NCBI GenBank assembly: GCA_021771025.1
Contig: JAETPW010000005.1
Location: forward strand, 8,482-72,481
Reading direction: 5' to 3'
Length of the DNA stretch: 64,000 nt
Origin: Clostridiaceae bacterium
GTDB lineage: Bacteria > Bacillota > Clostridia > TANB77 > CAG-508
The notes under the pieces are model-generated. The model saw only the letters and a list, made by a program, of their open reading frames with translations, had not been told where the DNA came from and made no database searches. Within the stretch, counting starts at the first letter, position 1. Each line of letters begins with the position of its first letter. Positions 30,921-42,716 of this stretch are shown here, piece after piece. Both the position numbers and the translations under genes were made by a program.

Positions 30921-33329
30921 TTATTCTTGAATGATCAGTTTTTCGCCATTACTATCCACCCCAATGGTTTGCCCATCTATAATTTCGCTACGTAATATTT
31001 TTTCAGATATTTCATCTTCTAAATAACGTTGAATAGCTCTTCTTAGCGGTCTTGCGCCAAATTTAACGTTAGTTCCTTTGGCTAAAATAAATTGTTTAGC
31101 AGAATCAGTAACGGTTAATGTGATATCTTTGGCTGCTAAAGCTTTTTTGGTATCTTCTAACATTAAGTCAACAATTTGCAATAGTTCAGGTTCAGTAAGT
31201 GAATTAAATACCACAATTTCATCTACACGATTTAAAAATTCTGGACGGAAAACGTCTTTTAATTGATCTTCAATTTTCGTTTTATCGACGGTTTGTTTTC
31301 CAAATCCAATGGAATTTTGGTTTAGATTAGAACCGGCATTAGAAGTCATAATGATAATGGTGTTAGAAAAACTTACTGTATTTCCTTGACTATCGGTTAG
31401 CTTACCATCATCTAAAACTTGTAGTAGTATATTAAATACATCAGGATGTGCTTTTTCGATCTCATCTAATAGAATAATAGAATATGGTTTACGTTTTACT
31501 TTATCGGTTAATTGACCAGCCTCATCGTATCCTACATATCCTGGAGGTGCACCAATCAATTTAGAGGTAGAATGACTTTCCATATATTCAGACATATCTA
31601 CACGGATCATTGCATCTTCTGAACCAAACATTTCATAAGCCAGACTTTTGGCTAGTTGGGTTTTTCCCACACCGGTTGGACCAACAAAGATAAAAGATGG
31701 TGGTCTTTTTGTACTCTGAAGCCCAGCACGATTTCTACGAATGGCTCTTGATACACTAGATACAGCTTCTTCTTGCCCAATAATGCGTTCATGAAGGTTA
31801 TTTTCTAAGTTTAGCAATTTCAACGTTTCTGCTTCTGTAATTTTTTTCACTGGAATTTTGGTCCAGCTTTCAATAACGGTAGCAATATCTTGAATAGTAA
31901 GATTTTTTAGTTTCATTTTTTTGTTTAATTTATCAATTTCTTCTGTTAATTGACATTCACGTGTTTTTAAATCAGCAGCACGTTGATAATCTTCTGTTGA
32001 ATCAGCAGCTACAACTTCTTCTTTTTCCGTTTGTACTTCACTAAGTTCTCGTTTTAACATTTCTAAACGGTACAAATCTTTATTTTCTAGATTAAGACGA
32101 GAGCAGGCTTCATCTAAGATATCAATAGCTTTATCTGGTAAGAAACGATCATGAATGTATTTTTCAGACATGATAACCGTTTGACGAATGACATCAGAAG
32201 AAATTTTTACTTTGTGGTATTCTTCATAATATTTTTTAATGCCTTCTAAGATACCAATCGAATCTTCAATGTTAGGCTCTTCTACTAAAACTTGTTGAAA
32301 TCTTCTTTCTAAAGCAGAATCTTTTTCAATGTATTTACGGTATTCTTTTAAAGTAGTTGTTCCAATTAGTTGGATTTCTCCATTAGAAAGAGCAGGTTTT
32401 AAAATATTAGCAGCATTCATCGAATGTTCTCCATCACCTGCACCAATGATGTTGTGAATTTCGTCAATGACTAAAATAATATTTCCAAACTGTTTACATT
32501 CATCAATAATTCCCTTCATTCTAGCCTCAAATTGACCTCTAAACTGTGTGCCAGCGATAACAGAAGTCATATCCAATAAATACACTTCTTTATTAAGTAA
32601 CTTAGCAGGAACTTTTTGATTCGCAATTTTAATGGCTAGCCCTTGTGCAATAGCTGTTTTTCCTACTCCTGGTTCACCAATTAGGCAAGGGTTATTTTTA
32701 GAACGGCGATTTAGAATTTGAACAATACGCTGAATTTCTTTATCACGACCAATCACAATGTCTAATTCTCCATTTTTTGCTTTATTGGTAAGATTAGTTC
32801 CATAAACATCTAAATATTTTTTCTTTTTACTTTGTTTTTGATTTTTCTTTTTTTCTACTTTTACTTTTTTTCTGCCTACGCTTTCCTGTGGATCGTTTTC
32901 TTCTTGTTCTCCGTTTGGATTCCCCATATTTGGACCAAACATATTAGAAAAAATAGAACCTAGGGGAATAGCAGCACCAGTAATTTTAGGGGATTCTGGA
33001 TTTTCTTCATTATCTTGATCAGGATCTTCATTTTCTTCACCATTTTCATTTAAGTTTCCAAAAGCAATGGCGCCTTCTATATTGCCTAAGTTTTCTAAAT
33101 TGATATTTTCAGCTAAATTTTTGAAGATCGATTCAAACTGTTTAGTCATATCGTTTAGGTTTACTTTATCGTTACTTAATATGTCATTTTGGCGGCTGAG
33201 TGTCTCTAATGGATCAATGCCTCTTTTTTTAGCGCAGTCATAACACAGTCCTTCTATTTTTTTCTCATTGTTTTCTTCTTTTTCAAAGAAAACAATGGCT
33301 GGATTTTTTTGGCAATCTGAACAATTCAT
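30921..33329 (-). CDS. clpE: Clp ATPase ClpE (two AAA+ modules with an N-terminal C4 zinc-finger)
   Basis: N-terminal CSDCQ...CYDC; Walker [13 protein letters not shown] and [12 protein letters not shown]; SD GAGGAAAAAG before MNCSDCQ. The track ORF extends to 33377. Confidence 0.85.
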   Translation of the reverse strand: MNCSDCQKNPAIVFFEKEENNEKKIEGLCYDCAKKRGIDPLETLSRQNDILSNDKVNLNDMTKQFESIFKNLAENINLENLGNIEGAIAFGNLNENGEENEDPDQDNEENPESPKITGAAIPLGSIFSNMFGPNMGNPNGEQEENDPQESVGRKKVKVEKKKNQKQSKKKKYLDVYGTNLTNKAKNGELDIVIGRDKEIQRIVQILNRRSKNNPCLIGEPGVGKTAIAQGLAIKIANQKVPAKLLNKEVYLLDMTSVIAGTQFRGQFEARMKGIIDECKQFGNIILVIDEIHNIIGAGDGEHSMNAANILKPALSNGEIQLIGTTTLKEYRKYIEKDSALERRFQQVLVEEPNIEDSIGILEGIKKYYEEYHKVKISSDVIRQTVIMSEKYIHDRFLPDKAIDILDEACSRLNLENKDLYRLEMLKRELSEVQTEKEEVVAADSTEDYQRAADLKTRECQLTEEIDKLNKKMKLKNLTIQDIATVIESWTKIPVKKITEAETLKLLNLENNLHERIIGQEEAVSSVSRAIRRNRAGLQSTKRPPSFIFVGPTGVGKTQLAKSLAYEMFGSEDAMIRVDMSEYMESHSTSKLIGAPPGYVGYDEAGQLTDKVKRKPYSIILLDEIEKAHPDVFNILLQVLDDGKLTDSQGNTVSFSNTIIIMTSNAGSNLNQNSIGFGKQTVDKTKIEDQLKDVFRPEFLNRVDEIVVFNSLTEPELLQIVDLMLEDTKKALAAKDITLTVTDSAKQFILAKGTNVKFGARPLRRAIQRYLEDEISEKILRSEIIDGQTIGVDSNGEKLIIQE

Positions 33330-33400
33330 ATATTCTTTTTCCTCATTTCTATTCAAAAATTTCAATACGTATATCATACCTCAAAATCTGGAAATAGTCA
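33330..33400 (-). promoter_or_regulatory. Probable clpE promoter (TTGACT-17-TATGAT on the minus strand)
   Basis: Read on the minus strand: ATTGACTatttccagattttgaggTATGAT. Confidence 0.4.
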
Positions 33401-33852
33401 ATAAAATTAAGAGATTTTTAACTAGTGGTACCTTTTATCTACTTGGTAGTGATAGGGGAAATAGTAAATTAATATTATCTATTTTTTTTAGCTTATTTAA
33501 GTAATAAATTGACAAAAGAAAAACCCTAATTTCAAGATAGAAGGGGATGAGGCTTGATTAGGATAAAACCTAATCTGATGTATTCTTACTTCAACTTGAT
33601 GTTAGTGTTTAAGTTTCAATTTTCTTTATATTTCATAAATGATATTATTTTAGAAATAGCTTAAATAGATAGAAAATTGAAAATGTTTTCCAATGAAAAC
33701 AGCAAATATAGTTATATAAACTATTTCAGAAAAAAATCGAAACTTAAAGATGTCAGCACTGAAGAATAAAAATTTTTCGCAATAGAAAAGAGCTAAGTAT
33801 AGAGAAAAGAGCCATCTTTTGATACAATAAAGAAAAAATATTGTAACAAAGG

Positions 33853-35160
33853 ATGGTGATTTTAATGAACAGAAGAGAAAAACGAGAAATGAAAAAAGAA
33901 ATAGAAATATTTTTAGATGTAGTAAAAATAATAAAACAATACTTCCCGTACTTGGCAGAAAAGTTAGAAGAACTAACAGATATAAGACATCAAAGCTATG
34001 TAGAATACAATATGTCTGTAATTACAATGACTAGGTTGCTAGGATTAGTTTGCGGTTTAAAAAGTATGAGACAAATGACTGATAGTTTTAACACAGATGA
34101 AACTATTGAAAACATATCAAAATTGTTAGGAGTAGAATTAGAAGAGATACCACATTATGATACTATCAATGATGTATTTGAAAATATAGATATAACTGAA
34201 TTACAAAAGATACAAAAATATATGGTAACAAGATTAATTCGTAGCAAAATGTTTGATAAGTATAGATTTAAAGGAAAATACTTCCAAATAGTGCTAGATG
34301 GAACAGGTCTTGCAACATTTAAGGAAAGGCATTGCAATAACTGTTTAAAGAAAACATATAATAAAGGACAAGAAGATGAATATAGTATATATTATCATTA
34401 TGTATTAGAGGCGAAGTTAGTAGTTGGAGATATTGTAATAAGCATAGACACAGAATTTGTAGAGAATGAAAATGAAAATGTAGAAAAGCAAGATTGTGAA
34501 TTAAGAGCATTTTACAGAATGGCAAAGAGAATAAAAAAAGAATATCCCAAATTACCAATAATAATATCGGGAGATGCCTTGTATGCATGTGAGCCAGTAA
34601 TAAAAACATGTAAAGAAAAAGGATGGCAATATATATTGAGATTAAAAGAAGAAAGACAAAAATTGCTAGGAGAAGAAATAAATTGTTTAGAGAAAGCAGA
34701 AAAGGAAGAAGAAATAAGATATTGGAATGAACTAAAATATGGAGAAATACATAATCAAAGAGAAGCAAATATAATAAAATATTATGATAAAAATGAAGAA
34801 AAAACAATAGAATTTTTATGGATTACATCATTTAAAATAACAGAAAAAAATAAAGAAGAATTAGTTTATTTTGGAAGACAAAGATGGAAAATAGAGAACG
34901 AAGGATTTAATATGCAAAAGAATGGAACATTTGATATAGAGCACATATATTCGAGGAATTATAATGCTATGAAAGCCCACTACTTCTTTATACAATTTGC
35001 ACATACAATAAGGCAATTACTTGAAAAAGGATTAAGGTATGTAAAAGAGTTAAAAATGAGCATAAAAGAAGTAAGTGCCGCCATCACACAAACACTTACT
35101 CATAAAATACTAAACTTAACAGAGCATAATAAAATGCAGTTAAGATTTGATTTAAAATAA
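33853..35160 (+). mobile_element. IS4-superfamily DDE transposase (DDE_Tnp_1-like); element ends not identified
   Basis: DGTGL.., ISGDALY.., YFGRQRWKIENEGFNMQKN (YREK-type signature). Confidence 0.65.
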
Positions 35161-35411
35161 TTATATAATAAAAATAAAAAAAAGCAATAACCTCAGAAGA
35201 AATTTTTGGGGTAAGGGGCAATTTGTGCATATAAAAAAAATAATTACCAAAGTATGGGATATACCTAAAATTAACAATAAATAAAGGGACTTTAGGTAAA
35301 TTGGAAAAAATTACTCTTTATTTCTGTAAAGATGTTAATGAAGTTGACGACAAATTGTTTAAATGGTATAATGGAGTACGAACAAAAGCCATATAGTGAA
35401 GGAGAAAACAG

Positions 35412-36272
35412 ATGAAATTAAGTATAGAACTACCAGAACAAGAAAAAGTAAGCAAAAAAAGATATTTAATTTATGGGCTATCCATTTTTATTTGTGTCAT
35501 AGCAGTAGTGATAGTTGTCAGTTTACAAATACTAGGAAATGATTGGACAAATAAAATGTTTGGTATTACCGCTAAAGAGACCAAAACAGAGGAAGAAGAA
35601 AATGAATTAAAAGCAAATTTTGGTACGTTATTTATGAATACCGTACAGGGGCAAGATGAGGAATTTGCTGTATCCAAACTAGAAGAGGGAAAACCATTAG
35701 TGTATACCGATTATGAAAGAAAAGAAAATGTGACGGGTAGTTATGAAGTTGACCTTCATATTCCCAAGATCAATATTCAAAATGACGTGATTAAAAAGTA
35801 CAATCAAGAAATTCAAGATATTTTTAAACAAAAAGCAGAAAGTGTTTTAGTAACGTTAAATCGAAACATCATCTATACTGTTGAGTACGAAGCTTTTATT
35901 GAAAACAATATATTATCATTAGTAATTCGTTCCAATTTGAAACAAGGAGCAAGTGCACAACAAGTTGTCGTTCAGACATATAATTTTGATTTAGTTACCC
36001 AGAAAGAAGTGAGTTTAGCAGAAGCAATTCCACTATTAGGGTTAACAGAACAAGATGTTCAGCAGAAAATTAAAACAGATATTCAAAAAGAAGAAAAAAA
36101 AGCCGAAGACCTACGAAATTTAGGCTACACCATTTATAAACGTGATAGCAATAGTGACACCTATAAAATTGAAAATTCAAAACAATTTTTCATCTATCAT
36201 CAAAATTTATACATCATCTATGCCTATGGAAATGAAGCACTAACCAGTGAAATGGATTTAGTCGTCATGTAG
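35412..36272 (+). CDS. Hypothetical membrane-anchored protein
   Basis: N-terminal TM helix, no recognised domain. Confidence 0.35.
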   Translation: MKLSIELPEQEKVSKKRYLIYGLSIFICVIAVVIVVSLQILGNDWTNKMFGITAKETKTEEEENELKANFGTLFMNTVQGQDEEFAVSKLEEGKPLVYTDYERKENVTGSYEVDLHIPKINIQNDVIKKYNQEIQDIFKQKAESVLVTLNRNIIYTVEYEAFIENNILSLVIRSNLKQGASAQQVVVQTYNFDLVTQKEVSLAEAIPLLGLTEQDVQQKIKTDIQKEEKKAEDLRNLGYTIYKRDSNSDTYKIENSKQFFIYHQNLYIIYAYGNEALTSEMDLVVM

Positions 36273-36278
36273 TGTAGC

Positions 36279-36522
36279 CAAAAATCATCCCAAGCCTAGC
36301 CTTTCAGGGAGGGTGATATACTTTTCTTTAGATTCCACTCCTCGGTTTCCCTACGTAACAAAGAAAATCTAAAAAAATAGCCATGATACTTCCCAAAATT
36401 GCTTTGGGTTCCCTCATGGCTATTTTTTAATATTTTCTAATGTTACTCCAGTCGCATTCGTCGTTCCATCTAAAGAAAAGTATATCACCCTCCCTGAAAG
36501 GCTAGGCTTGGGATGATTTTTG
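36279..36522. repeat. 244-bp palindromic element with perfect 55-bp inverted arms (36279-36333 / 36468-36522) and a central bidirectional terminator-like hairpin
   Basis: The arm CAAAAATCATCCCAAGCCTAGCCTTTCAGGGAGGGTGATATACTTTTCTTTAGAT and its exact reverse complement; inner AAAAAATAGCCATGA...TCATGGCTATTTTTT. Confidence 0.8.
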
Positions 36523-36678
36523 ATGTATAGAACAAAAAGAAAAAAGAAGCCTTGTTGCTTCTTTTTTCTTGAAAATAAAAGGGGATGTTTTTTCTTGTTA
36601 ATCAGTATTGTTTACTGATTATGATATAATTATAACCTGTATTTTTGTCCATTGTGTGAATAAAAAGTGAATTTTTTC

Positions 36679-37944
36679 TTAAGGTTGTTCACCTAATTTT
36701 AAGGTTAATTCTTTTTCTTGTCCTTCACGATTTACTTTAATTTTCATTTCATCACCAATCTTGTGAGAATTTTTGATTTTGTTTAGGTCATCCATACTGG
36801 TGATTTTGCTTCCATCTGCTTCGATAATGACATCGCCAGGTTTTACCCCAGCTTTTTCAGCACTAGAGAAATCTTCTACTGATTTAACGTATACACCCAT
36901 TACTAAATTATACGTTTTCGCTGTTTCTTCGTTTAAATCAATTCCTGAAATACCGATATATGGTCTTTTTACTTTACTATATTGGATTAATTGTGAAGTA
37001 ACATCTGTTGTTGAATTAATAGGGATAGCAAATCCCATTCCTTCAATTCCTGTACCAGACATTTTTAAGGTATTGATACCAATTACTTTTCCTTCACTAT
37101 TGACTAAAGCTCCACCACTATTACCTGCATTAATGGCAGCATCAGTTTGAATTAAGGTGAATTTTTTACCATCAGAATCAGTTACTTCACGGTTAACGGC
37201 ACTAACAATTCCAGCAGTTACACTACTTTGTAGACCAATTGGGTTTCCAACAGCCATAGCGAAATCACCTACTTTGATGGAATCAGAATCAGCAAATTCA
37301 GCTTTTGATAATCCTGTTTTATCGATTTTGATTACGGCTAAATCGGTTTGTTCATCTTTTCCTATAATTTTTGCCGTATATTCAGTACTATCATTAAATA
37401 AAGTAACGGTTAATTTAGTTGCTTCTGAAATTTGGTAGTAAGAGTCAGACGAAGACGTATCAGAAGTGCTAGATGAAACAACGTGATTATTGGTTAAAAT
37501 ATAGCCATCTTCGCTAATGATAATTCCAGAACCAGAAGCAGTAGCTGTTGATGCGGAAGGTTTTCCAAACATTGACATCATAGAATTATTAACAGTGTAT
37601 TCAATTTTAATGCCTACAATAGATGGTAGAATTTTGTTAGCAGCATATACTGCTGTGTCCGAATAATTAGATAGAGATGTTTGTGATACATAACCAGAAG
37701 ATGGGGTATTGGTATTAGTAGAATTGTTAGTAGAGTAGTTGCTACTAAGAATTTGATTTCGAATAGAAGGAACACCGAAACAAGTTCCGATGACTACTGC
37801 ACATCCTACTACTCCGCTAAAAAAGGGAAGTAGTACACTTTTTCCAAAGCCAGTATGTTTTCTCTCTTTTTGATTTAAAACAACTGGACCAGAAACGGTT
37901 TTGAAATTGGTTGTTTTGTTTTCTTTTTTTTCATTTTCTTCCAT
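36679..37944 (-). CDS. htrA: HtrA/DegP-family serine protease with PDZ domain
   Basis: GNSGGALVN active-site motif, N-terminal TM, C-terminal PDZ. Confidence 0.85.
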   Translation of the reverse strand: MEENEKKENKTTNFKTVSGPVVLNQKERKHTGFGKSVLLPFFSGVVGCAVVIGTCFGVPSIRNQILSSNYSTNNSTNTNTPSSGYVSQTSLSNYSDTAVYAANKILPSIVGIKIEYTVNNSMMSMFGKPSASTATASGSGIIISEDGYILTNNHVVSSSTSDTSSSDSYYQISEATKLTVTLFNDSTEYTAKIIGKDEQTDLAVIKIDKTGLSKAEFADSDSIKVGDFAMAVGNPIGLQSSVTAGIVSAVNREVTDSDGKKFTLIQTDAAINAGNSGGALVNSEGKVIGINTLKMSGTGIEGMGFAIPINSTTDVTSQLIQYSKVKRPYIGISGIDLNEETAKTYNLVMGVYVKSVEDFSSAEKAGVKPGDVIIEADGSKITSMDDLNKIKNSHKIGDEMKIKVNREGQEKELTLKLGEQP

Positions 37945-38176
37945 GAAAAGACCTCCTCTATTTTTAATCGTTTAACGATTTTAACATAAATTTGTGTTAT
38001 TCTTATGATAACCTAATTTAGTAATAGAATACAATACATTTGTGAAATTTTTGTGAAAAATAGGTAATTGTTTTCGGTTAAAATAAGTAAAAAGGGAAAA
38101 AAAGGAAAAATTCCAGAAAGGATTTAGAAAATGTGGAACAAAATTCATGGAATTAGGATTGAAAAATTGATAAAAT

Positions 38177-39247
38177 GTGAAAAATAAGAATAAACGGAGA
38201 GTTCCTTTTTTCATTGCCGAGAAAACAACGGAAAACCCTACTGAAACGATTGAAATTTCTTCTCAAGTAGAATCGATTTCAAGTGGAGCTTTTTCTTCTA
38301 TGGAAGGACTAAAAAATTTAGTCATTCACCCAGATAATCCAAATTATTCTTTTACTGATGGGTTACTCTTATCTAAAAATGGTGAGATTTTATATCAAGC
38401 CTTAAATTACCTCACAACGCTTACCATTCCTGATACGGTAACAGATATTAAGACAATGTCTTTGACTGGTTGTAATTCACTTACGTCTATTTTTATTCCT
38501 AAGAATGTTGTTAGGATAGAGGATTCGGTATTTATTATTTCTAATTTAAAGACAGTTGATGTAGAAGAGGGAAATCCAAATTATGAGAGTGATCAAGGAT
38601 CTATTTATACAAAAGGGAAAAAAGAATTAATTTTCTACCATTATGGTACAGGAAACGCAATCGTAACAGAAGGTGTTGAAGTGATTAGACCGAATGTTTT
38701 TTATGCCAATAATGGATACACATCTATTCAATTACCACAAACGTTAAAAACAATTATGGAATTTGGCTTAATGGGGCTAACCAAAGTAAGAACAATTACT
38801 ATTCCTAAAAATGTTAATGATTTAACGACATCAAGCTTTCCTGATGCAAAATTAGAAGTTGATCCTGAAAGCCCAAATTATCAGAGTGTTAATGGAATAA
38901 TCATTTTAAGTAAAGATGGAACTGAATTAGTAGCGGTAAGCAGAAATGTATCAGAATATACCATTCCTAATTCAGTAAAAAAGATAAAAGCAAAGTCTTT
39001 TTATGCAACTAGGGTAATGGATATAATTATTCCTAATGGAGTTCAAGAAATAGAATATTCTGTGTTCGATTATTGTGATAATTTGAAAAGTATAGAGATA
39101 CCTTCATCAGTGACAACAATAGGGGGAGGAGCATTTTCACGTTGTAGTCAATTGTCCGAAATCCAAATTCATAAGCCAGCAGGAAGCATAGCAGGATCAC
39201 CTTGGAGCTGTCCATATGGGGAACGAGCAGTTAAATGGGATAGTTAA
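38177..39247 (+). CDS. BspA-type leucine-rich-repeat (LRR_5) protein; true start uncertain (possibly MEGLKNLV at ~38300)
   Basis: Repeated ..IPxxVxxIxxxAFxxCxxL.. units. The N-terminal extension has no SD and an in-frame CGG. Confidence 0.55.
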   Translation: MKNKNKRRVPFFIAEKTTENPTETIEISSQVESISSGAFSSMEGLKNLVIHPDNPNYSFTDGLLLSKNGEILYQALNYLTTLTIPDTVTDIKTMSLTGCNSLTSIFIPKNVVRIEDSVFIISNLKTVDVEEGNPNYESDQGSIYTKGKKELIFYHYGTGNAIVTEGVEVIRPNVFYANNGYTSIQLPQTLKTIMEFGLMGLTKVRTITIPKNVNDLTTSSFPDAKLEVDPESPNYQSVNGIIILSKDGTELVAVSRNVSEYTIPNSVKKIKAKSFYATRVMDIIIPNGVQEIEYSVFDYCDNLKSIEIPSSVTTIGGGAFSRCSQLSEIQIHKPAGSIAGSPWSCPYGERAVKWDS

Positions 39248-39514
39248 CAAAAAATGATATCTAGTAAAAACTCTTAATTCCAAATGAGTAATTTGGATTA
39301 AGAGTTTTTTGAAAGTGTAATCTTATTTGTATTTAATGAACAAATAAAGATAAAGTTTATTTTGAGCTTTTTAAATACTTAACATGAGTAATTAGTAGAA
39401 AGTTTTGCTATTGATCTAACCCAAAAAACAAAAAACTTTCTTGCAATTTAAGTTGTGGTATAGTACAATACAAATAATAAAGAAAATAGAAATAATAAAA
39501 AGGAAGGGAATAGA

Positions 39515-40099
39515 GTGAAAGATAAAACAATAAAAAAAGATATCACTAATAGAAACAAACAAAAGCAAAACAATAAAGGAATTACCTTATTAGCTCTAGT
39601 CATCACCGTAACCGTCATGCTCATTATTGCAGGAATAACACTTACAGCAGGGGGGGATACCATTAGGCAAACTAATGTAGAAAACATCAAAACCAATATG
39701 CTATTAATAGAAGCCAAAACAAAGGAATTTGTCGAAAAAGCAAGCCATGATTTAGGAGTAAAACCAGCAGAAGCAAGTGAAGAAATGAAAGCTAAAGCGG
39801 CTAGTGAACTAGAAGGAGAAGGAAAAGGAACCAAAGTTCAATCGTCCGATTCTCTTATCGATCGTTTACTAGAAATAGGAATAACCAATGAACAAATAAC
39901 ACAAGGGCTAGTAGTTAAAATCTCCACATCAGATTTAGACAAAATGGGAATTAGAAACGTAAAATCAGATGATAATGAAGGTTGGTATATCGTTGCTTAT
40001 GATATTCCTAATGTAGAAGTTAAAATCTATCATACCCATGGAATAAAAATAAACAAAGACGAAGTGAAATATTGTCTAGATGATATACGAGACAGTTAG
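39515..40099 (+). CDS. Pilin/pseudopilin-like protein (prepilin-type N-terminal hydrophobic segment)
   Basis: KGITLLALVITVTVMLIIAGITL resembles the class-III signal/N-methylation region but lacks Glu+5. Confidence 0.4.
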   Translation: MKDKTIKKDITNRNKQKQNNKGITLLALVITVTVMLIIAGITLTAGGDTIRQTNVENIKTNMLLIEAKTKEFVEKASHDLGVKPAEASEEMKAKAASELEGEGKGTKVQSSDSLIDRLLEIGITNEQITQGLVVKISTSDLDKMGIRNVKSDDNEGWYIVAYDIPNVEVKIYHTHGIKINKDEVKYCLDDIRDS

Positions 40100-40223
40100 A
40101 AAAAGATAACTAAATACCAAAAAAAGAAAAATCTATACGAATAAACAGAAAATAAGTCAGATAAAATAAATCCCAATAAGGAAATTTTATCTGGCTAATT
40201 TAGCCAAAAAGGGAGCAAAATTA

Positions 40224-40850
40224 ATGAAAGAAAAAGAACTAGAACGATTAATCAAGTTAAAAGAATTAGAACAAAACCTGTACCAAAAGAGAATTCATAC
40301 CATTTGTGGGATAGACGAAGCAGGACGAGGTCCATTAGCAGGACCAGTAGTCATAGCTGGAGTCATTATGCCACCAGACTCCATGATAGAAGGAGTTAAT
40401 GACTCCAAAAAAGTATCAGAAAAGAAAAGAGAACGACTATACGATGAAATTATTCAAGAAGCCATTAGTTATTCAGTAGCCATCATCGGACACGACATCA
40501 TCGATGACATAAACATCTTACAAGCAACCAAAAAAGGACTAACCCAAGTAGTAGAGGGGCTTGCTGTAAAACCAGACTTAATCTTAGTAGATGCCTTACA
40601 ACACATCAACACGAAAGGAATACCGTATGAATCAATCGTTAAAGGAGATGCCAAATGCTACTCCATAGCAGCAGCCTCAATCTTAGCCAAAGTAACCAGA
40701 GACCGCATCATGAGAGAATGGGACGAAGTTTATCCACAATACGGTTTTATTGCCCATAAAGGCTATGGAACAGCAAAACATATTGCTGCTATACGTGAAT
40801 ATGGGCTATGTCCAATACACCGAAGAAGTTTCACCACTCACTTTGTTTAA
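40224..40850 (+). CDS. rnhB: Ribonuclease HII
   Basis: ICGIDEAGRGPLAGPVV. Confidence 0.9.
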   Translation: MKEKELERLIKLKELEQNLYQKRIHTICGIDEAGRGPLAGPVVIAGVIMPPDSMIEGVNDSKKVSEKKRERLYDEIIQEAISYSVAIIGHDIIDDINILQATKKGLTQVVEGLAVKPDLILVDALQHINTKGIPYESIVKGDAKCYSIAAASILAKVTRDRIMREWDEVYPQYGFIAHKGYGTAKHIAAIREYGLCPIHRRSFTTHFV

Positions 40851-40882
40851 TAATTGCCAAATTGTTGCCAATTTGTTGCCAA

Positions 40883-40940
40883 TTTGGGGACGGGGTAAAA
40901 AATGGTAAAATTACCATATTAGGGACAAGGTGATAAAAGT
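40883..40940. repeat. REP-like repeat, copy B (preceded by the 3x 11-bp tandem TTGCCAATTTG)
   Basis: AATTTGGGGACGGGGTAAAAAATGGTAAAATTACCATATTAGGGACAAGGT. Confidence 0.7.
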
Positions 40941-41157
40941 TATGGTAAATAGCAAAGAAGAGTCTTCGATAGGCTGGTTTCTAAAAAGAACCTATATCTC
41001 TATAATGGATCTCATACTAAAAAGATCAAACAAAATTAATGAATATGCTTACTAAAGGGAAAAATTGTCTCAATGAACCTGTCCCCAAAACGAAAAAATT
41101 GTCTGAAATGAACCCGTCCCCAAAAGGAAGAAATAATGAAAAGCAAGGAGAATACCT

Positions 41158-42456
41158 ATGAATATACTACAAATCATTGCCAAAAAAAGAGATAAACAAG
41201 AATTATCAAAACAGGAAATTGATTATTTTATCCAACAATATACTAAAGGAATTATCCCTGATTATCAAATGGCTAGTTTACTTATGGCCATTTTTCTAAA
41301 CGGAATGAGTAAACGAGAAATAACCGATTTAACATTAGCCATGGCGTATTCGGGAGAAGTGCTAGATTTATCTTCTTTAGGGAAAATCATCGTAGATAAA
41401 CACTCAACGGGAGGAGTAGGGGATAAAGTTTCTTTGATTTTATTACCTTTGGTGGCATCGCTTGGTGTTCCTGTTGCTAAGATGTCAGGAAGAGGACTTG
41501 GATTTACGGGAGGAACAGTGGATAAGTTGGAGTCTATTCCAGGATATCAGACTGATATTTCGATTGATCAATTTAAACAAAATGTGAAAGATATAGGAAT
41601 TAGTATGATATCCCAAACAATGAATTTAGCTCCGGCAGATAAAAAGATGTATCGTTTACGTGATAGCATTTCTTGTGTAGAAAGTATTCCCTTAATTGCT
41701 TCAAGTATCATGAGTAAGAAGATCGCAAGTGGTGCACAAAAAATTGTTTTAGATGTTACCGTTGGTGATGGAGCATTTATGAAAACAATAGAGAGAGCAA
41801 GAGAATTGGCTCATGAAATGATAGAAATAGGAAAGTTAGCAAATCGAGAGACCGTTTGCGTGTTAACTAGTATGGAACAACCATTAGGGTATGCTATTGG
41901 GAATCAGTTAGAAGTAATAGAAGCGGTAGAGTGTTTACAAGGTAATATGCCAGAAGACGTAAAGCAAGTAGTATTATCATTAGGAAGTGAAATGCTTAAG
42001 TTATCTGGTTTAGGAGATGATTTAAGGCAAAACAAAGATAAGCTGTGGCAAGCCATTCAGGAAGGAAAAGCATATGAAAAATTTCTAACTATGGTGAGTA
42101 CACAAGGAGGAGATATATCTTATTTGCAAAATAGTAATCAATTGATAAAAGCAAAATATATGTGTCCAGTAATAAGCAAAGAATCTGGTTTTGTACAAGC
42201 TATTCCAGCAGAGCAAATAGGAAAAATTACTTGTGCATTAGGAGCAGGAAGAATTCAAAAAGAGGATCAAATAGATCCATCAGTAGGAATTGTTTTACAC
42301 AAAAAAATAGGGGATTATGTGGAAAAAGGTGAGGTGCTTGCAACAATTCATGCTAATCAGTTAAGCTCTGCTAAGCAAGCGGAAAAGGATTTAAGAAACA
42401 CATATCAATTGGGAAAAGAAAGAAAACAAATTGATGATGTAATAGAAATCATTTAA
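41158..42456 (+). CDS. pdp: Pyrimidine-nucleoside (thymidine) phosphorylase
   Basis: KHSTGGVGDKVS, TGGTVDKLESIPGY. Confidence 0.85.
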   Translation: MNILQIIAKKRDKQELSKQEIDYFIQQYTKGIIPDYQMASLLMAIFLNGMSKREITDLTLAMAYSGEVLDLSSLGKIIVDKHSTGGVGDKVSLILLPLVASLGVPVAKMSGRGLGFTGGTVDKLESIPGYQTDISIDQFKQNVKDIGISMISQTMNLAPADKKMYRLRDSISCVESIPLIASSIMSKKIASGAQKIVLDVTVGDGAFMKTIERARELAHEMIEIGKLANRETVCVLTSMEQPLGYAIGNQLEVIEAVECLQGNMPEDVKQVVLSLGSEMLKLSGLGDDLRQNKDKLWQAIQEGKAYEKFLTMVSTQGGDISYLQNSNQLIKAKYMCPVISKESGFVQAIPAEQIGKITCALGAGRIQKEDQIDPSVGIVLHKKIGDYVEKGEVLATIHANQLSSAKQAEKDLRNTYQLGKERKQIDDVIEII

Positions 42457-42716
42457 TCGTAACGGAAATTATAGGAAATCAGCCTAAAAGACTTGAAAAG
42501 TCTTACTTCTTAGTGGTATACTGAAAGAGACAAAACAAAGGAGGGAAAGTCATGAAAAAAAATAAAGAAGAAGTGAAAAAAAGAAGAGAATTTGATAAAG
42601 GGAGAACTTTTGTTAAGATTACAGCTGGTATATTAGCTCTTTTAATGATTATTACAACAGGAGTATCGTTAATTTTTGCGCTAATTTAACTTACAAAATA
42701 AGGAGAAGATAAAATA

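Noticed and set aside
33330-33420. Possible CtsR operator (AGTCAAT-AAA-ATTAAGA) at the clpE promoter
   Set aside because: Only the first heptad approximates GGTCAAA and the second is poor; not enough to call.
38177-38300. In-frame CGG at ~38196 (..aaa CGG aga..) as a counter-example to the CGG hypothesis
   Set aside because: It lies in an SD-less GTG-initiated N-terminal extension (MKNKNKRR..) that is probably not translated; the conserved LRR region starts downstream, so it does not demonstrate CGG=Arg decoding.
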